64,000 nucleotides of DNA, from the IMG/VR virus record IMGVR_UViG_3300027542_000007, positions 1 through 64,000 of that record; one strand, 5' to 3'. Made by a program: the position numbers and the translations under genes. A model generated the notes under the pieces. It saw nothing but the letters and a program-made list of their open reading frames with translations, ran no database searches and was not told the origin of the DNA. Positions 29,652 to 40,588 of the stretch are shown here, in pieces; within the stretch, counting starts at the first letter, position 1, and every line of letters starts with the position of its first letter. The stretch comes from an uncultured virus (IMG/VR IMGVR_UViG_3300027542_000007) (Duplodnaviria; Heunggongvirae; Uroviricota; Caudoviricetes).

Positions 29652-32372
29652 ATGAGACTAAAGAGTGCAACACTACATGGTTTATGGGGGGTTTATAGTG
29701 CATCTGGAAAAAAGGAGATTCATATAGACTTCACAAAATGTATGCATAATATCATTTTAATAGTAGGAAAGAATGGTTCCGGTAAGACTACTATATGGGA
29801 AGCCCTGCAACCGATACCATTGCCATCATCTAAGTTTATAGACAAAGAGCCTGGATTTGTTCATTTGGAGTATTTCTATGAGGACTTAATATATAAGATA
29901 AGGATAGAATATCCAATCACCAATTCTAGAGATAGAGCTCAAACAAAAGCATTTATATCTAGAATTTCTGATAATGATTCAGTAGAACTAAACCCAAATG
30001 GAAATATCAATTCCTATAAATCTATTCTATATTCCGAATTCAATTTGGACCCGTCATTCGTTTCGTTATCGCAGATTTCTCAAGAGGACATGGGAATAGT
30101 GAATAAGAAACCATCGGAAAGAAAAAAATATGTATCTAGTATAACTGATAATATTGAAGTATACAATGATATATATAAATCTTTAGTAAAGAGATCTAGT
30201 ATTTTCAGATCAATGATTAACTCTATAACGGCCAAGATGGATACTATAGGGAACCAAGAAAACCTTGTGACTAATTTAACTGCAAAGGAAGTATTGTTAG
30301 ACAGGTTAGTTACTGAGAGAGAATTCTTAACAAGAAGAAAGATTGAGCTTGAAAAGGATATAGCTACTATAGATCCAGATAAAAAAATCCAAGAACAATT
30401 TCAACAATTAACTGCTCAGATATTAGAAGTTAAAAAGAAAATAGATGATAAGGAAGTTTTCATTAGCTCTATAAGAAATAGACATGGTACTGATAATCCC
30501 GAGGAGTTAAGAGAAAAAGTTTCAAAACTTGGAGAAAAGTTAATTGTAACCGAGGTTAAAATTAAAGAATTTGAAGATCAGATGCGTAAAATGCATGAAC
30601 AGAAGAATTCTTTAAGAGTAAGGGCTGTTGAAAAATCAGAAAAGGTAAGAGCTATGCGTTCTGAATATAATTATGAGCAGCTCAAAGAGGAAATTCAACA
30701 TACTTTTACAGCGATACGAGAATGCAAAAATCTGATGAGAATGATGGGGTTTTCCGATACTTCATCTATTATTACTAAGGATGAATTCGTTACAGGAGTG
30801 AATGTCTTATCGGTTGTTAAAGATAAGATAAACCTTGTTAAAAGCGATGCATCAAATGAAAAGGTGTTACGGTTTGCATTAGATTCTTGTAATAGAGTAT
30901 CGACGACTGAAGCAGAGATAAATGATTTAAGAGTTTCATTAGAAACTGTAAGTAATTTGATATTAGTCACCACTCAAAAAATAGAGGATTATAAAAAATA
31001 TAAAGCCATAGCGGATAAGTTGGTCCATAGGCCGTCTAAATGCACAATAGATAAATGCTTCTTTATAGAAGATGCGGTAGAGGCGTCTACTAAGATTTCT
31101 AAATCTGATTTATTAGAATCAGAAAGGCTTTTAGGGGTATATAAAGCCGAGAAAGACGAATACACTAAGGATTTAGAGTTTTTAGTAGAACAACTGAAAC
31201 TTGAGCATAAAATAAATGGCATTATAGAATATATTCAAAGCAATTCTTCTATCTTATCTAAATTTCCTACGTGTGATTCTCTGCTGGATTTAGAAATCTT
31301 TTTAGAGGAATTTTGTAATTCTTTATTTATAGATAAGATATCTGAACTGGTTAATAGCATGAATCGGGCTAATGTTTTTGAGAATTATAAATCTCTTTCT
31401 TCTAGATTGGCAGATCTAGAGAGAGATGAAAAAATCTATGCAGACAAAGAAAAAACAATTGCGCTAATAGAAAATGATATAAGGGAATTAGACAAAGAGT
31501 CGGACGAGATAGTGCTGGCTATAGATAGAGTCAATACTCAATTATTAACTCATAAAAACCTGCTAGACAGATATGTATCGGAGAAAAAAGATTTAGAGAA
31601 TGCTATTTCGATAACTACAACATACAGCGAAGAGTGCAGGAATCTTAATGTATTAGATGCAGGTGTATCTCAGATTGCAAACAATATCAAGGCTATAGAA
31701 GAATATGTTAATGGGATAAATGAAATAAATTCTCGATTGTCTGCTATTGAATCTGATATGAAACCCATAAGTGCTGAAAAAGAACAATTGAGATTTTCTT
31801 TAAAGCAGCTTGAAGAATATAAGAGTGAATTATCTTTGTATACTGAAAAATACAATACCGTAGAGATAATCAAGAAATACTCATCTCCAACAAAAGGTGG
31901 CATTCAGACTTTATTCATGCAGCTATATATGGGCAAGACTATTTCTATGACCAATGAATTATTAGCTACATTGTTTGATGGGAGAATGGAGTTAGAACCT
32001 TATATTATTAATGATACGGAGTTTAGAATTCCTTGTATAAATAAAGAATCTAATGTATATCATGATGATATAAGTTCATGTTCATCTGCTGAGAGGGCTA
32101 TGATATCCATGATGATAGGGTTCTCATTGTTGTACCATAGTTCAACTATGTACAATATCCTTAGGATGGATGAAATAGACGGGGCGTTAGACCAGGATAA
32201 TCGAAGCAGCTTCATCGGATTACTAAATTCTTTTATGAATAAATTCGGTATTGAACAATGCATAATGATTTCTCATTCTTCAGAAATTAATATGGGGGAA
32301 GCAGACGTTATTCAATTAATTCCAGTAGCTGGTGCTCAGAATAGCGGTAATATCATATTTACGTATGAATAA
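29652..32372 (+). CDS. sbcC: SbcC/Rad50-like SMC ATPase
   Basis: GKNGSGKTT, long coiled coil with central cysteines, SSAE signature, MDEIDGALD, ISH. Confidence 0.9.
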   Translation: MRLKSATLHGLWGVYSASGKKEIHIDFTKCMHNIILIVGKNGSGKTTIWEALQPIPLPSSKFIDKEPGFVHLEYFYEDLIYKIRIEYPITNSRDRAQTKAFISRISDNDSVELNPNGNINSYKSILYSEFNLDPSFVSLSQISQEDMGIVNKKPSERKKYVSSITDNIEVYNDIYKSLVKRSSIFRSMINSITAKMDTIGNQENLVTNLTAKEVLLDRLVTEREFLTRRKIELEKDIATIDPDKKIQEQFQQLTAQILEVKKKIDDKEVFISSIRNRHGTDNPEELREKVSKLGEKLIVTEVKIKEFEDQMRKMHEQKNSLRVRAVEKSEKVRAMRSEYNYEQLKEEIQHTFTAIRECKNLMRMMGFSDTSSIITKDEFVTGVNVLSVVKDKINLVKSDASNEKVLRFALDSCNRVSTTEAEINDLRVSLETVSNLILVTTQKIEDYKKYKAIADKLVHRPSKCTIDKCFFIEDAVEASTKISKSDLLESERLLGVYKAEKDEYTKDLEFLVEQLKLEHKINGIIEYIQSNSSILSKFPTCDSLLDLEIFLEEFCNSLFIDKISELVNSMNRANVFENYKSLSSRLADLERDEKIYADKEKTIALIENDIRELDKESDEIVLAIDRVNTQLLTHKNLLDRYVSEKKDLENAISITTTYSEECRNLNVLDAGVSQIANNIKAIEEYVNGINEINSRLSAIESDMKPISAEKEQLRFSLKQLEEYKSELSLYTEKYNTVEIIKKYSSPTKGGIQTLFMQLYMGKTISMTNELLATLFDGRMELEPYIINDTEFRIPCINKESNVYHDDISSCSSAERAMISMMIGFSLLYHSSTMYNILRMDEIDGALDQDNRSSFIGLLNSFMNKFGIEQCIMISHSSEINMGEADVIQLIPVAGAQNSGNIIFTYE

Positions 32373-32480
32373 AACAAAAAGTTTGGACTAGGCTAAGCAA
32401 GCCTAGTCCATTTCTTTTTTGTTGTGGTTTTAGATTTGACGCTGCCATATTGTACAAGGCTTATTAATAAGTTGTATAAT

Positions 32481-33515
32481 TTAATATTCATTTAATATAG
32501 AAGTGTCATTACCAACTGTGATGATTGGATAAGATTCTCCAATATTAGTATTGGTTGCAATTCCTGCAGAGAAATCAGGATGGGTATCTTCTAAGAAAGA
32601 TGCATCTAATCTGTCTATCTCTGGGTGCGATTGTCCTGTAGTGACGTCTATTACATCAAAATATGCCTGTCCCGTTGCCTTATTATATACGTATACCTGT
32701 TGTATATTTGGGTTAGCATCAGCCATCATTAAGTTTTGAGCAGGAGTTCTATTGGATATATAGTTTTGATAACCTGTACTATCCGTATCGCTAGTTCCTG
32801 TGACTATATTTGGGATGGTTTGATTTGGTGAACCAGCATATGTCATCTCTAGTGTAGACGGACCAACTAATCCAGCCGTGCTTATGCCAGTTTGTCCTCC
32901 GACCGGAGTTGAAATGAGTGCATTATACATATCCATGATCGTCTTATCGTCGTCTTGATTGTCAAGCATCTTCATTTCTTTAGATCTCTTGAATTCCATT
33001 TCATTACATTTAGTGATGGTACTATTCAATTCCCTGGCTGCTGTTATTTTTTGATTTATAAAACTGCTGATATTACCCTGTAAGAATGATATTAATTGAT
33101 ATTTATTTCTTATTTGCTTAGCTTTTCTAAGATCATCTAAATCGCTTTTCAATTCAGCAAGTCCTATATCTAATTGTGCTATTGCAGTTTTGAGAATTGC
33201 ATCAGTTTCAGTATATTGTTCTTTATACGGGGCATTTGCATCTGCATCTTTAGGAACAATACCGGTAGTATTTATTTGATTAGAAGACTTTCTTTTCTTT
33301 TTTGATGGTTCTTCTTCTGTTATGGATAATGGTACAGATAGGTCATTTCCTATTAAATTACTGAAATCCATATTGAATCCCTCTAAAGAAATATCTTCTT
33401 GTTTAGACTCTGTAACTGCTTGAACGGACTGTTTTTGTTTAGATTGCTTTTTTGATGCAAATCTTTTTCCTATATCTGGAATTGGTTCGTATGTCATCGC
33501 TCTTATAAGTTCCAT
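32481..33515 (-). CDS. Hypothetical protein
   Basis: AAGGAGG RBS before ATG 33515 (MELIRAMTY). Confidence 0.75.
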   Translation of the reverse strand: MELIRAMTYEPIPDIGKRFASKKQSKQKQSVQAVTESKQEDISLEGFNMDFSNLIGNDLSVPLSITEEEPSKKKRKSSNQINTTGIVPKDADANAPYKEQYTETDAILKTAIAQLDIGLAELKSDLDDLRKAKQIRNKYQLISFLQGNISSFINQKITAARELNSTITKCNEMEFKRSKEMKMLDNQDDDKTIMDMYNALISTPVGGQTGISTAGLVGPSTLEMTYAGSPNQTIPNIVTGTSDTDSTGYQNYISNRTPAQNLMMADANPNIQQVYVYNKATGQAYFDVIDVTTGQSHPEIDRLDASFLEDTHPDFSAGIATNTNIGESYPIITVGNDTSILNEY

Positions 33516-33679
33516 TTTGATAACCTCCTTAATATGATTTATTTGTATGTAAAAAGGCTCAAGTTGCAATTATACATTTTCTAAAACATTATTATAATGC
33601 ATAATTGTGCCTGTTTAGGTGCAATTAGAGATTTGTTAATATATTATATATAAAATAAGAGAAAGGATTATAAATTACT

Positions 33680-34219
33680 ATGAATGACGATTTACAAAAG
33701 TACTTAAGTGAAGTAATCAAAACTACAAAACTCGAAAAGATTGTTAAAGACCCATCTTCTAAAATTGTAACCGTATGTGGGCCGTTAGGTAAAGACATTG
33801 ATGGGTTTAATGCGAAGTTTATACTAGACGTTCAAAGTGAGTTAACTAAATTAAATTGCCTTCCTTTTATTCCTATTATAACATGTAATGGTGATTTTTT
33901 GGAGAAGAAAGATTTATATAGAGTCGCTCATTTGAAAAAAATAGCAATGAGCGATATTGTGGTATTTGTTAATTTCTGGGGAGATGAAAGTTATAATGGG
34001 GAAGGTACTAATTTAGAAATAAGATTTTCTAGGCTTACTAATAAAACCATTTTGTATACCTATATCCCAACAGATGAAAATTACTCATATGAGGAATATA
34101 ATGATTTAATTTTAGATTCCATTCCATTATATAAGGAGACTAAAAAGGAGTGCACTCATAACCCAGAACCATTAGATGGTGTTAGTTTTTATAAAGGAAG
34201 TGATGCTTCATGGGAATAA
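33680..34219 (+). CDS. Nucleoside 2-deoxyribosyltransferase-like protein
   Basis: VTVCGP...HLKKIAMSDIVVFV...GEGTNLEIRFS...KTI pattern. Confidence 0.55.
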   Translation: MNDDLQKYLSEVIKTTKLEKIVKDPSSKIVTVCGPLGKDIDGFNAKFILDVQSELTKLNCLPFIPIITCNGDFLEKKDLYRVAHLKKIAMSDIVVFVNFWGDESYNGEGTNLEIRFSRLTNKTILYTYIPTDENYSYEEYNDLILDSIPLYKETKKECTHNPEPLDGVSFYKGSDASWE

Positions 34220-36123
34220 TTAAGGGTTATCCAGAAGGAAGCGACATTACCGTTTTAAATACTGATTACCATTATCCTCATAAAAAAGAAGATGGAAAAT
34301 ATACTGATGGTGATATTACTATAGTATATAAGGACAATCGTACTGGTAAAAAGCACTTTCAGGTTATTAATAATCCGGATTATACTTTTTATGCTGCTAA
34401 CGATGATGTATTAGTAGAGCATCCAGTTTTATATATAGAACGCGATAAGGTTCATCCGGTTACGGTCCCGTATAAAAATCTAGATAAAAAGATAGCCGAA
34501 TTAACTGGCAATGAAGATTTTTATTACGAGAATATAAGAAATGGAAATAGAAGAAACAACAGAGAACTACATTATTTGCCGAATATCTTCGGTTCTACTA
34601 TGAGTGTGGAAAATCATTATAGATACTTGTTCAATGAGCAGTATGTAAACAATCCGTTTAAGATAAAGAAGGCCTACTTCGATATTGAGGCTGATACTAT
34701 TAATATGGACGAAGACTTTCCAAGAATGGGTGAGTGTCCAATTAATGCGATATCTTATATAGATGAATCCACTAACATAATTCATTCATTCCTATTAAGA
34801 ACTAAGGGAAATCCTTTAATAAAAGAGTTTGAAAATGAAGTTAAAAGTGGCAAGATATTTAATGAAGTTAAAGAATTTATAACAAATGCCGTAACTCCTA
34901 AATTGGCTCGCAAATACGGATTAGAAGATTTTGAAGTAAAGTTTCATTTTTATGATGAAGACGATGAAATAAGATTAATTCAGGACTTCTTCTTATTGGT
35001 TAATTTAAATGAACCGGACTTCTTAGTAGCATGGAATATGGCATTCGATATTCCATACATTGTTGAGCGTATTAATATTCTTGGATATGACCCAAGAGAA
35101 ATAATGTGCCATAGAGATATAAAGCCAGAATTTAGACACGCTAAGTATTATATAGACACAAGAGCAGAAACGTTTGCTGAAAGAGGAGATTATTATGATA
35201 TATCCTCTCATACTGTATATCTTGATCAGTTGATACAATTTGCTTCCAGAAGAAAAGGTCAGAAAGAGTTAGACTCATATAAACTCGATGATGTAGGCGA
35301 TGTAATAGCAAAGGTACGAAAACTTGATTATAGTCACATTACTACAAATATATCTAAATTACCATATTTAGATTATAAGACATTTGTATTCTACAACATA
35401 ATGGATACTATAGTGCAAAAATGTATAGAATCTAAGGTTAAAGACTTAGACTATGTATTTGGTAAATCATTGGCACAGAATACTGATTATAGTAAAGTGC
35501 ATCGACAAACCGTATACTTGACCAACCGTGCATATTCTGAATGGCTAAAAGACGGATTAGTAATTGGAAACGGAAAGGGAATACAAGAAAAGGTCCCATT
35601 CCCAGGAGCATTAGTAAGTCAGCCGCTTAATAATTCTGATTACTCCAAGATGAAGTTTGACAGACAAACTGTTGATATAGTAGATAATATGTGTGACTTC
35701 GATTATAAAGCACTGTATCCAACAACAGCATGTCAGAATAATATGGGTCCAAACACTCAAATTGGAAAGATTAAGATTGAACAGAAAGTATTTGAGAAAG
35801 AGAATCCATTTAATAATAAATTCTATGACCGCGGCGGACAGTTTATTGAGGATTATACTTCTGGAGACGCTCTTAGCTTTGGTAATAGATGGTTACATCT
35901 TGGAACCTATACTGAAATATTGGACGACGTCACTGAATTCTTTACAGTAGTAATTCCAAATGCACAGCATATTAGAAACGGTATGCAAAATGGAATGTCC
36001 TATCAAACTAATGCATTGATGCCGGGTATGCAATATCTAGATGAAGGTGAATATATGAAAGGAATGCTATATTACCCCGGTACAATGAATAAAAAGGAGG
36101 TACTTGAAAATATAAAATGGTAA
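34210..36123 (+). CDS. Family B DNA polymerase, N-terminal subunit (3'-5' exonuclease plus motif A)
   Basis: YFDIEAD, AWNMAFDIPY, SYKLD, YNIMD, DFDYKALYP; lacks motifs B and C. Confidence 0.9.
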   Translation: MGIIKGYPEGSDITVLNTDYHYPHKKEDGKYTDGDITIVYKDNRTGKKHFQVINNPDYTFYAANDDVLVEHPVLYIERDKVHPVTVPYKNLDKKIAELTGNEDFYYENIRNGNRRNNRELHYLPNIFGSTMSVENHYRYLFNEQYVNNPFKIKKAYFDIEADTINMDEDFPRMGECPINAISYIDESTNIIHSFLLRTKGNPLIKEFENEVKSGKIFNEVKEFITNAVTPKLARKYGLEDFEVKFHFYDEDDEIRLIQDFFLLVNLNEPDFLVAWNMAFDIPYIVERINILGYDPREIMCHRDIKPEFRHAKYYIDTRAETFAERGDYYDISSHTVYLDQLIQFASRRKGQKELDSYKLDDVGDVIAKVRKLDYSHITTNISKLPYLDYKTFVFYNIMDTIVQKCIESKVKDLDYVFGKSLAQNTDYSKVHRQTVYLTNRAYSEWLKDGLVIGNGKGIQEKVPFPGALVSQPLNNSDYSKMKFDRQTVDIVDNMCDFDYKALYPTTACQNNMGPNTQIGKIKIEQKVFEKENPFNNKFYDRGGQFIEDYTSGDALSFGNRWLHLGTYTEILDDVTEFFTVVIPNAQHIRNGMQNGMSYQTNALMPGMQYLDEGEYMKGMLYYPGTMNKKEVLENIKW

Positions 36124-36737
36124 GACGCGCAGAACAACTAGAAACGATTTTTAAGTTGGCTAAAATACCTAAGAAAGAAATAGTGGCATTTTATCCCAAC
36201 GGATTAATATTTGGCACAGACATTAATTTTGCTAGTATTACCGAAGTCATTTCTTATAATGCATTTACTCCGTTATCATATCCGTATGAAGTGGATATAA
36301 AAGAGTTCTCTTCATTTATGAAAACTTTATCTACATGTAAAGACGGGTTTGTAAACTATACACCATTTGAGATACAATTAGTTATGGGCAATGGCTATAA
36401 GGAGTCGTTGCCCATGTATTTTAGTGTAAATGACATGGGAAGATTATATCAAACTTACGCATCCGTTAAACTACGTCCTGTAATACAGCGTATACAATCC
36501 GCAAATAAGGATAGTATATTAGAGGATATGTTTAAATTGAAAGTATCCGATGGGGCAAAAATTTATAATATTGGAGAAAAGTTAATGACTTCATTTAATT
36601 CTATACATCCAGTAAATAAATCAGACACTGCAGATATTTTAATAAGAGATCATGACGAAATTTCATTTACTGCAGAATTTGTTATAATTAAAAAGGATTG
36701 TGAGTTGCACGAGTTATTTAGACATAGAAAAATATAA
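36117..36737 (+). CDS. Hypothetical protein coupled to the DNA polymerase gene
   Basis: Overlaps polymerase stop; 206 aa. Confidence 0.75.
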   Translation: MVRRAEQLETIFKLAKIPKKEIVAFYPNGLIFGTDINFASITEVISYNAFTPLSYPYEVDIKEFSSFMKTLSTCKDGFVNYTPFEIQLVMGNGYKESLPMYFSVNDMGRLYQTYASVKLRPVIQRIQSANKDSILEDMFKLKVSDGAKIYNIGEKLMTSFNSIHPVNKSDTADILIRDHDEISFTAEFVIIKKDCELHELFRHRKI

Positions 36738-36740
36738 ATA

Positions 36741-37217
36741 GTGAGAGGGAACAGAAGAGAAATGAACAATACCGATTTTAAACAGCTATCGTTAGACATA
36801 AGAGTATTTGCAAGCTATTACAATAAGTGGATGGATGAAAATGACATTAAACAATCAGTAAATCGTATAATGTCAGCATGTGTACAAAATTCATCTACAG
36901 ACAACACTAATTTATTCAGTCTGATTTATCAGATTTGTAAACTTATTTTGCTTGAAGATTGGTGTAGCACAAACTCTGGGAGTCTTAAGATTAGACAAAT
37001 AGGGAGTGCATTAAATACTCTAATAAACTTTACAAATGAAGAGGGGTATATACGGACCGATACAATTGACGTTCATGATTATACCAGTGTTTGCAAAGCG
37101 ATGTTGAGTATCTGCAATATCCTTGATGGAGCGATGAGTTATATACCATATATTGTAAAAGACGATATAGGTCTATGTACGTTATACGTTCTCAAAAATC
37201 TTAAAGAAAAAGAATAA
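36741..37217 (+). CDS. Hypothetical protein
   Basis: Operonic ORF followed by terminator. Confidence 0.7.
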   Translation: MRGNRREMNNTDFKQLSLDIRVFASYYNKWMDENDIKQSVNRIMSACVQNSSTDNTNLFSLIYQICKLILLEDWCSTNSGSLKIRQIGSALNTLINFTNEEGYIRTDTIDVHDYTSVCKAMLSICNILDGAMSYIPYIVKDDIGLCTLYVLKNLKEKE

Positions 37218-37309
37218 ACAGATTTGCGGTAGGAGTTCTATGCTCCTACCGTGCTTTTATTTTTTGCCTCCTGAAACATATATTTAATTACGTTAAAGGA
37301 GGTTTTACC

Positions 37310-39622
37310 GTGGCTAAGCGAAAAAGTAATTTTAATATAATTAATAAACGGCTTTCTACTATTAAAGACTTAATGGGAAGCATTTATAAATCCACATATG
37401 GTTCAACACCAGAACTATCTGATTCAGTAGATAATATTTCTCAAGAAATAGAAGATAATATATCTGCTATTGTTTCTAGAAACAATATGGATAGTGTTTC
37501 TGGAGTTGCAAAATTATATACTAGATTGAAAATAGGACAGATAGATGGTAATGGAGATTTGACAAAAAAAGTATCTGATGTGCTCACTGATACGTCTTCG
37601 ATAAATGGTATCTTGTCCATGTATATGGAAAATAGATGGATAAAGGATCTTGATCTTGAGTATGAAACAATCCTTAGATACATGCCGAGATTAAAGGAGG
37701 CTATGAAAGCCAAGAAAGAAAACGTATTATCTTCAGATAACTTTTCAAATGATTTTATTAATGTATCCCCAGTTGGTGTAACAGATAAGACGGATTTATC
37801 TATGTTTGCTGCAAGAAATTCAGAATTAGAAGAGCTATATGATTTACAAAGATTTTACGAGAAATCATATGACAAAGCAGCAATGGGAGAGTGTTTTGTT
37901 TACTGTGTTCCATATTCTAAGGCTATTAAAACTCTTCTTATGAATAAATCAAAAACCACCCCCGGAAGAGTATTTGGAAATAATTTGCATGGGGTATCAA
38001 GAGAATCATCAGTACAGGAGATAACTATAATAGAAAACGGAGTCATTAGTAGTGACATAGCTACGTATGAGATGGTAGAAAAGATAATATCAGATAAAGA
38101 AAAACATCACATCTGTGAAGTATCTGATATACTTCCAAACAACTTTAAAGTTATTATAGATAATAGGGGGTTTCTTGAATCTGCTTTTAACGAGAGAGGA
38201 GACGCTGAAACTTTTATATCTAATTCTCCATCCACAGTGTTAGAAAGTTATGGTACCTATTCAGAGTCTAAAATTCCTATTGACACTCAAACAGTGCCAG
38301 ATCAATTAGAAGTTCCAAAAGACTTTAATTATAAAACATCACATGATGGGTTAATATTAAAAGACGATGGGGATGTTAGGGTCCAAGGAGCAGTATTAAA
38401 AATTCTTGATAAAGAAAATATTATTCCATTGTACCTAAATGATACTTGTTTAGGATATTATTATTTGGAATTTAATAATGGAAGTTCTTATGATTTATTA
38501 ACGAGTAATGACCATGTTCTAGGTAGAGATATGATAGGGTTCACTGGAATTCAACCGCAAGGTAGAAACTTTGCTAATGCTGCTATAGAGAACTCTAGAG
38601 ATCAATTACTATCTCGTATAGCATGGAACATATCAAGCAGAATAGATTCTAAGTTTATAAATAAAAATCAAGATCTTGTTAAGGATATTTATGAGATTCT
38701 TAAATACAATGATTTAGCAAATGCTCAAGCGCTATCATCTATAAGAATAACCTTTATACCGCCGGATGATGTAGAACATTTATTCTTTGAGCAGGATGAA
38801 AAAACCCATAGAGGTATTTCTGATTTGGCATATGCATTAATTCCGGCTAAACTTTACTCTTGTTTATATATAACAAATACTTTAGGACATCTAACTCGTG
38901 GACATGATAAGAGGGTATATTACGTTAAGCAAAATGTAGAGACGAATATAGCTCAGACCATGGTTAATGTGATAAACCAAATTAAAAAAGGAAATTTTGG
39001 TTTAAGGGAAATAGAGAATATGAATAGTATTCTTAATATTACTGGAAGATTTAACGATTTCGTAATACCTGTAGGACCTTCTGGTGATTCTCCTATACAA
39101 TTTGAAGTGATGCCCGGGCAAGATTTTCAATCTGATAATGAACTCATGGATAGGCTTGAGGAAATGTCAATTAATAGTACTGGTATGCCCATAGAGTATA
39201 TTCAAAATAGAATGAATTCTATAGACTTTGCAGTTCAAGCTACTACTGTAAATCTTAAGGTGCTTAGATCGTCATACACTAGACAAAGGATATTTGGCAA
39301 ATTCATGACTCGTATTCAAAGAAGACTATACAAATATCAGTATGGAGATGATTTGGATATGAGATGTATGTTGCCTCCTCCGATAGTAGCTAGTGCAGTG
39401 AGCATGAATGATATAATAAATAATGTCAGACAGAGTGTCGAAGCAATAGCATCATATGAATACGATGGTTCTACTGATCCTGATGCTGAAGCTAAAAAGG
39501 CTATATTTATTAAAATCGAAATGCGTAAAAGATTAGCAGCATATGTACAAGAAGATGATATTAAGAATTCTATAGATGCTGCTGAGTTAGAGTTTGCTAA
39601 GACTAAAAAGAATGAGGAATAA
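37310..39622 (+). CDS. Portal protein (T4 gp20-like)
   Basis: RVYYV...NDFVIP...IQFEVMPG resembles gp20 RR.FY...DY..P...EI.TLPG; late promoter; adjacent to tail genes. Confidence 0.75.
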   Translation: MAKRKSNFNIINKRLSTIKDLMGSIYKSTYGSTPELSDSVDNISQEIEDNISAIVSRNNMDSVSGVAKLYTRLKIGQIDGNGDLTKKVSDVLTDTSSINGILSMYMENRWIKDLDLEYETILRYMPRLKEAMKAKKENVLSSDNFSNDFINVSPVGVTDKTDLSMFAARNSELEELYDLQRFYEKSYDKAAMGECFVYCVPYSKAIKTLLMNKSKTTPGRVFGNNLHGVSRESSVQEITIIENGVISSDIATYEMVEKIISDKEKHHICEVSDILPNNFKVIIDNRGFLESAFNERGDAETFISNSPSTVLESYGTYSESKIPIDTQTVPDQLEVPKDFNYKTSHDGLILKDDGDVRVQGAVLKILDKENIIPLYLNDTCLGYYYLEFNNGSSYDLLTSNDHVLGRDMIGFTGIQPQGRNFANAAIENSRDQLLSRIAWNISSRIDSKFINKNQDLVKDIYEILKYNDLANAQALSSIRITFIPPDDVEHLFFEQDEKTHRGISDLAYALIPAKLYSCLYITNTLGHLTRGHDKRVYYVKQNVETNIAQTMVNVINQIKKGNFGLREIENMNSILNITGRFNDFVIPVGPSGDSPIQFEVMPGQDFQSDNELMDRLEEMSINSTGMPIEYIQNRMNSIDFAVQATTVNLKVLRSSYTRQRIFGKFMTRIQRRLYKYQYGDDLDMRCMLPPPIVASAVSMNDIINNVRQSVEAIASYEYDGSTDPDAEAKKAIFIKIEMRKRLAAYVQEDDIKNSIDAAELEFAKTKKNEE

Positions 39623-39668
39623 AATATAGAGGTACGGACCTTTGCCCGTACCTCCAATCTTTTTATCA

Positions 39669-40568
39669 TTATCTAGTTTCAGAAGACTGACCATATCTTG
39701 ACTCGATATTTTTCAGAGCTGCCCATTGATGATAATCAGAATTCCATTCAACCGGCTCTGGGTCAGTATTAACACCCTGTACAAGAGAAGCCGTTCTATT
39801 ATCAAGTCTAGCAGAAGCTGCATTTTGAACAGCACCAGTCTTGTTGATGTATGCAAGCATCTTCAGTGCTCTCTTTTCAATCTCTGGACCGTCTATCGGG
39901 AAACACTGGAAAGTGACATCAATCTGTTTAGATTCGATGGTTGCCTTATCAGATTCGTAGATAGACGTACGAGCATTGTTTGGCCATGCATTAGCAAGGT
40001 AGTAAGCAGCTTCAAGACCGAGTCCAGTATTATCTGTTACGAGATAAAGCAAGTTAAATACTTCATTCTCGAAACCAGCAGCTAACTCACCATTTGCAAT
40101 AAGACCGTGGTACGTCTTCATCTGAGTTCTCGGGTCTCTTACACCTTCAATATAGTATTTAATAAATCTAGTAATAGTAGATCCAGATTTCTCAGTAAAC
40201 GACATGGTTACTTCAGTAGCAGATTGCTTATTAGCTTTACCCGCAGCATTGATAGTAGAAACACCGTCAGTGTATTCAAGTGTATCTACACTGATATCTT
40301 CAATACCAGTAAGTCCTTTAAATTCCCATTCGAGAATATTATAGAACGCATCTGCCACCTTTCTAAACTCTTCGTCATTATCGGCACATTTCTCAATAAA
40401 TACCGGTTTATCTACAATAACCAGGAGAGAGTGACCAGACTCATACATGTTCAACTGCTTAGCATTGGTGAAATCAGTAACTCCACGCATCTTACTAAAC
40501 TCTGAACCAGCACGAGGATTCAACGTATAAGTATCATAATAATCTGTGTATACCGCCTGTTTAGCCAT
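39669..40568 (-). CDS. Tail tube protein (putative)
   Basis: Directly downstream of sheath; AYYLANAWP...IDVTF resembles gp19-like tubes. Confidence 0.65.
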   Translation of the reverse strand: MAKQAVYTDYYDTYTLNPRAGSEFSKMRGVTDFTNAKQLNMYESGHSLLVIVDKPVFIEKCADNDEEFRKVADAFYNILEWEFKGLTGIEDISVDTLEYTDGVSTINAAGKANKQSATEVTMSFTEKSGSTITRFIKYYIEGVRDPRTQMKTYHGLIANGELAAGFENEVFNLLYLVTDNTGLGLEAAYYLANAWPNNARTSIYESDKATIESKQIDVTFQCFPIDGPEIEKRALKMLAYINKTGAVQNAASARLDNRTASLVQGVNTDPEPVEWNSDYHQWAALKNIESRYGQSSETR

Positions 40569-40588
40569 TAATTACTCCTCCTTTCTTA

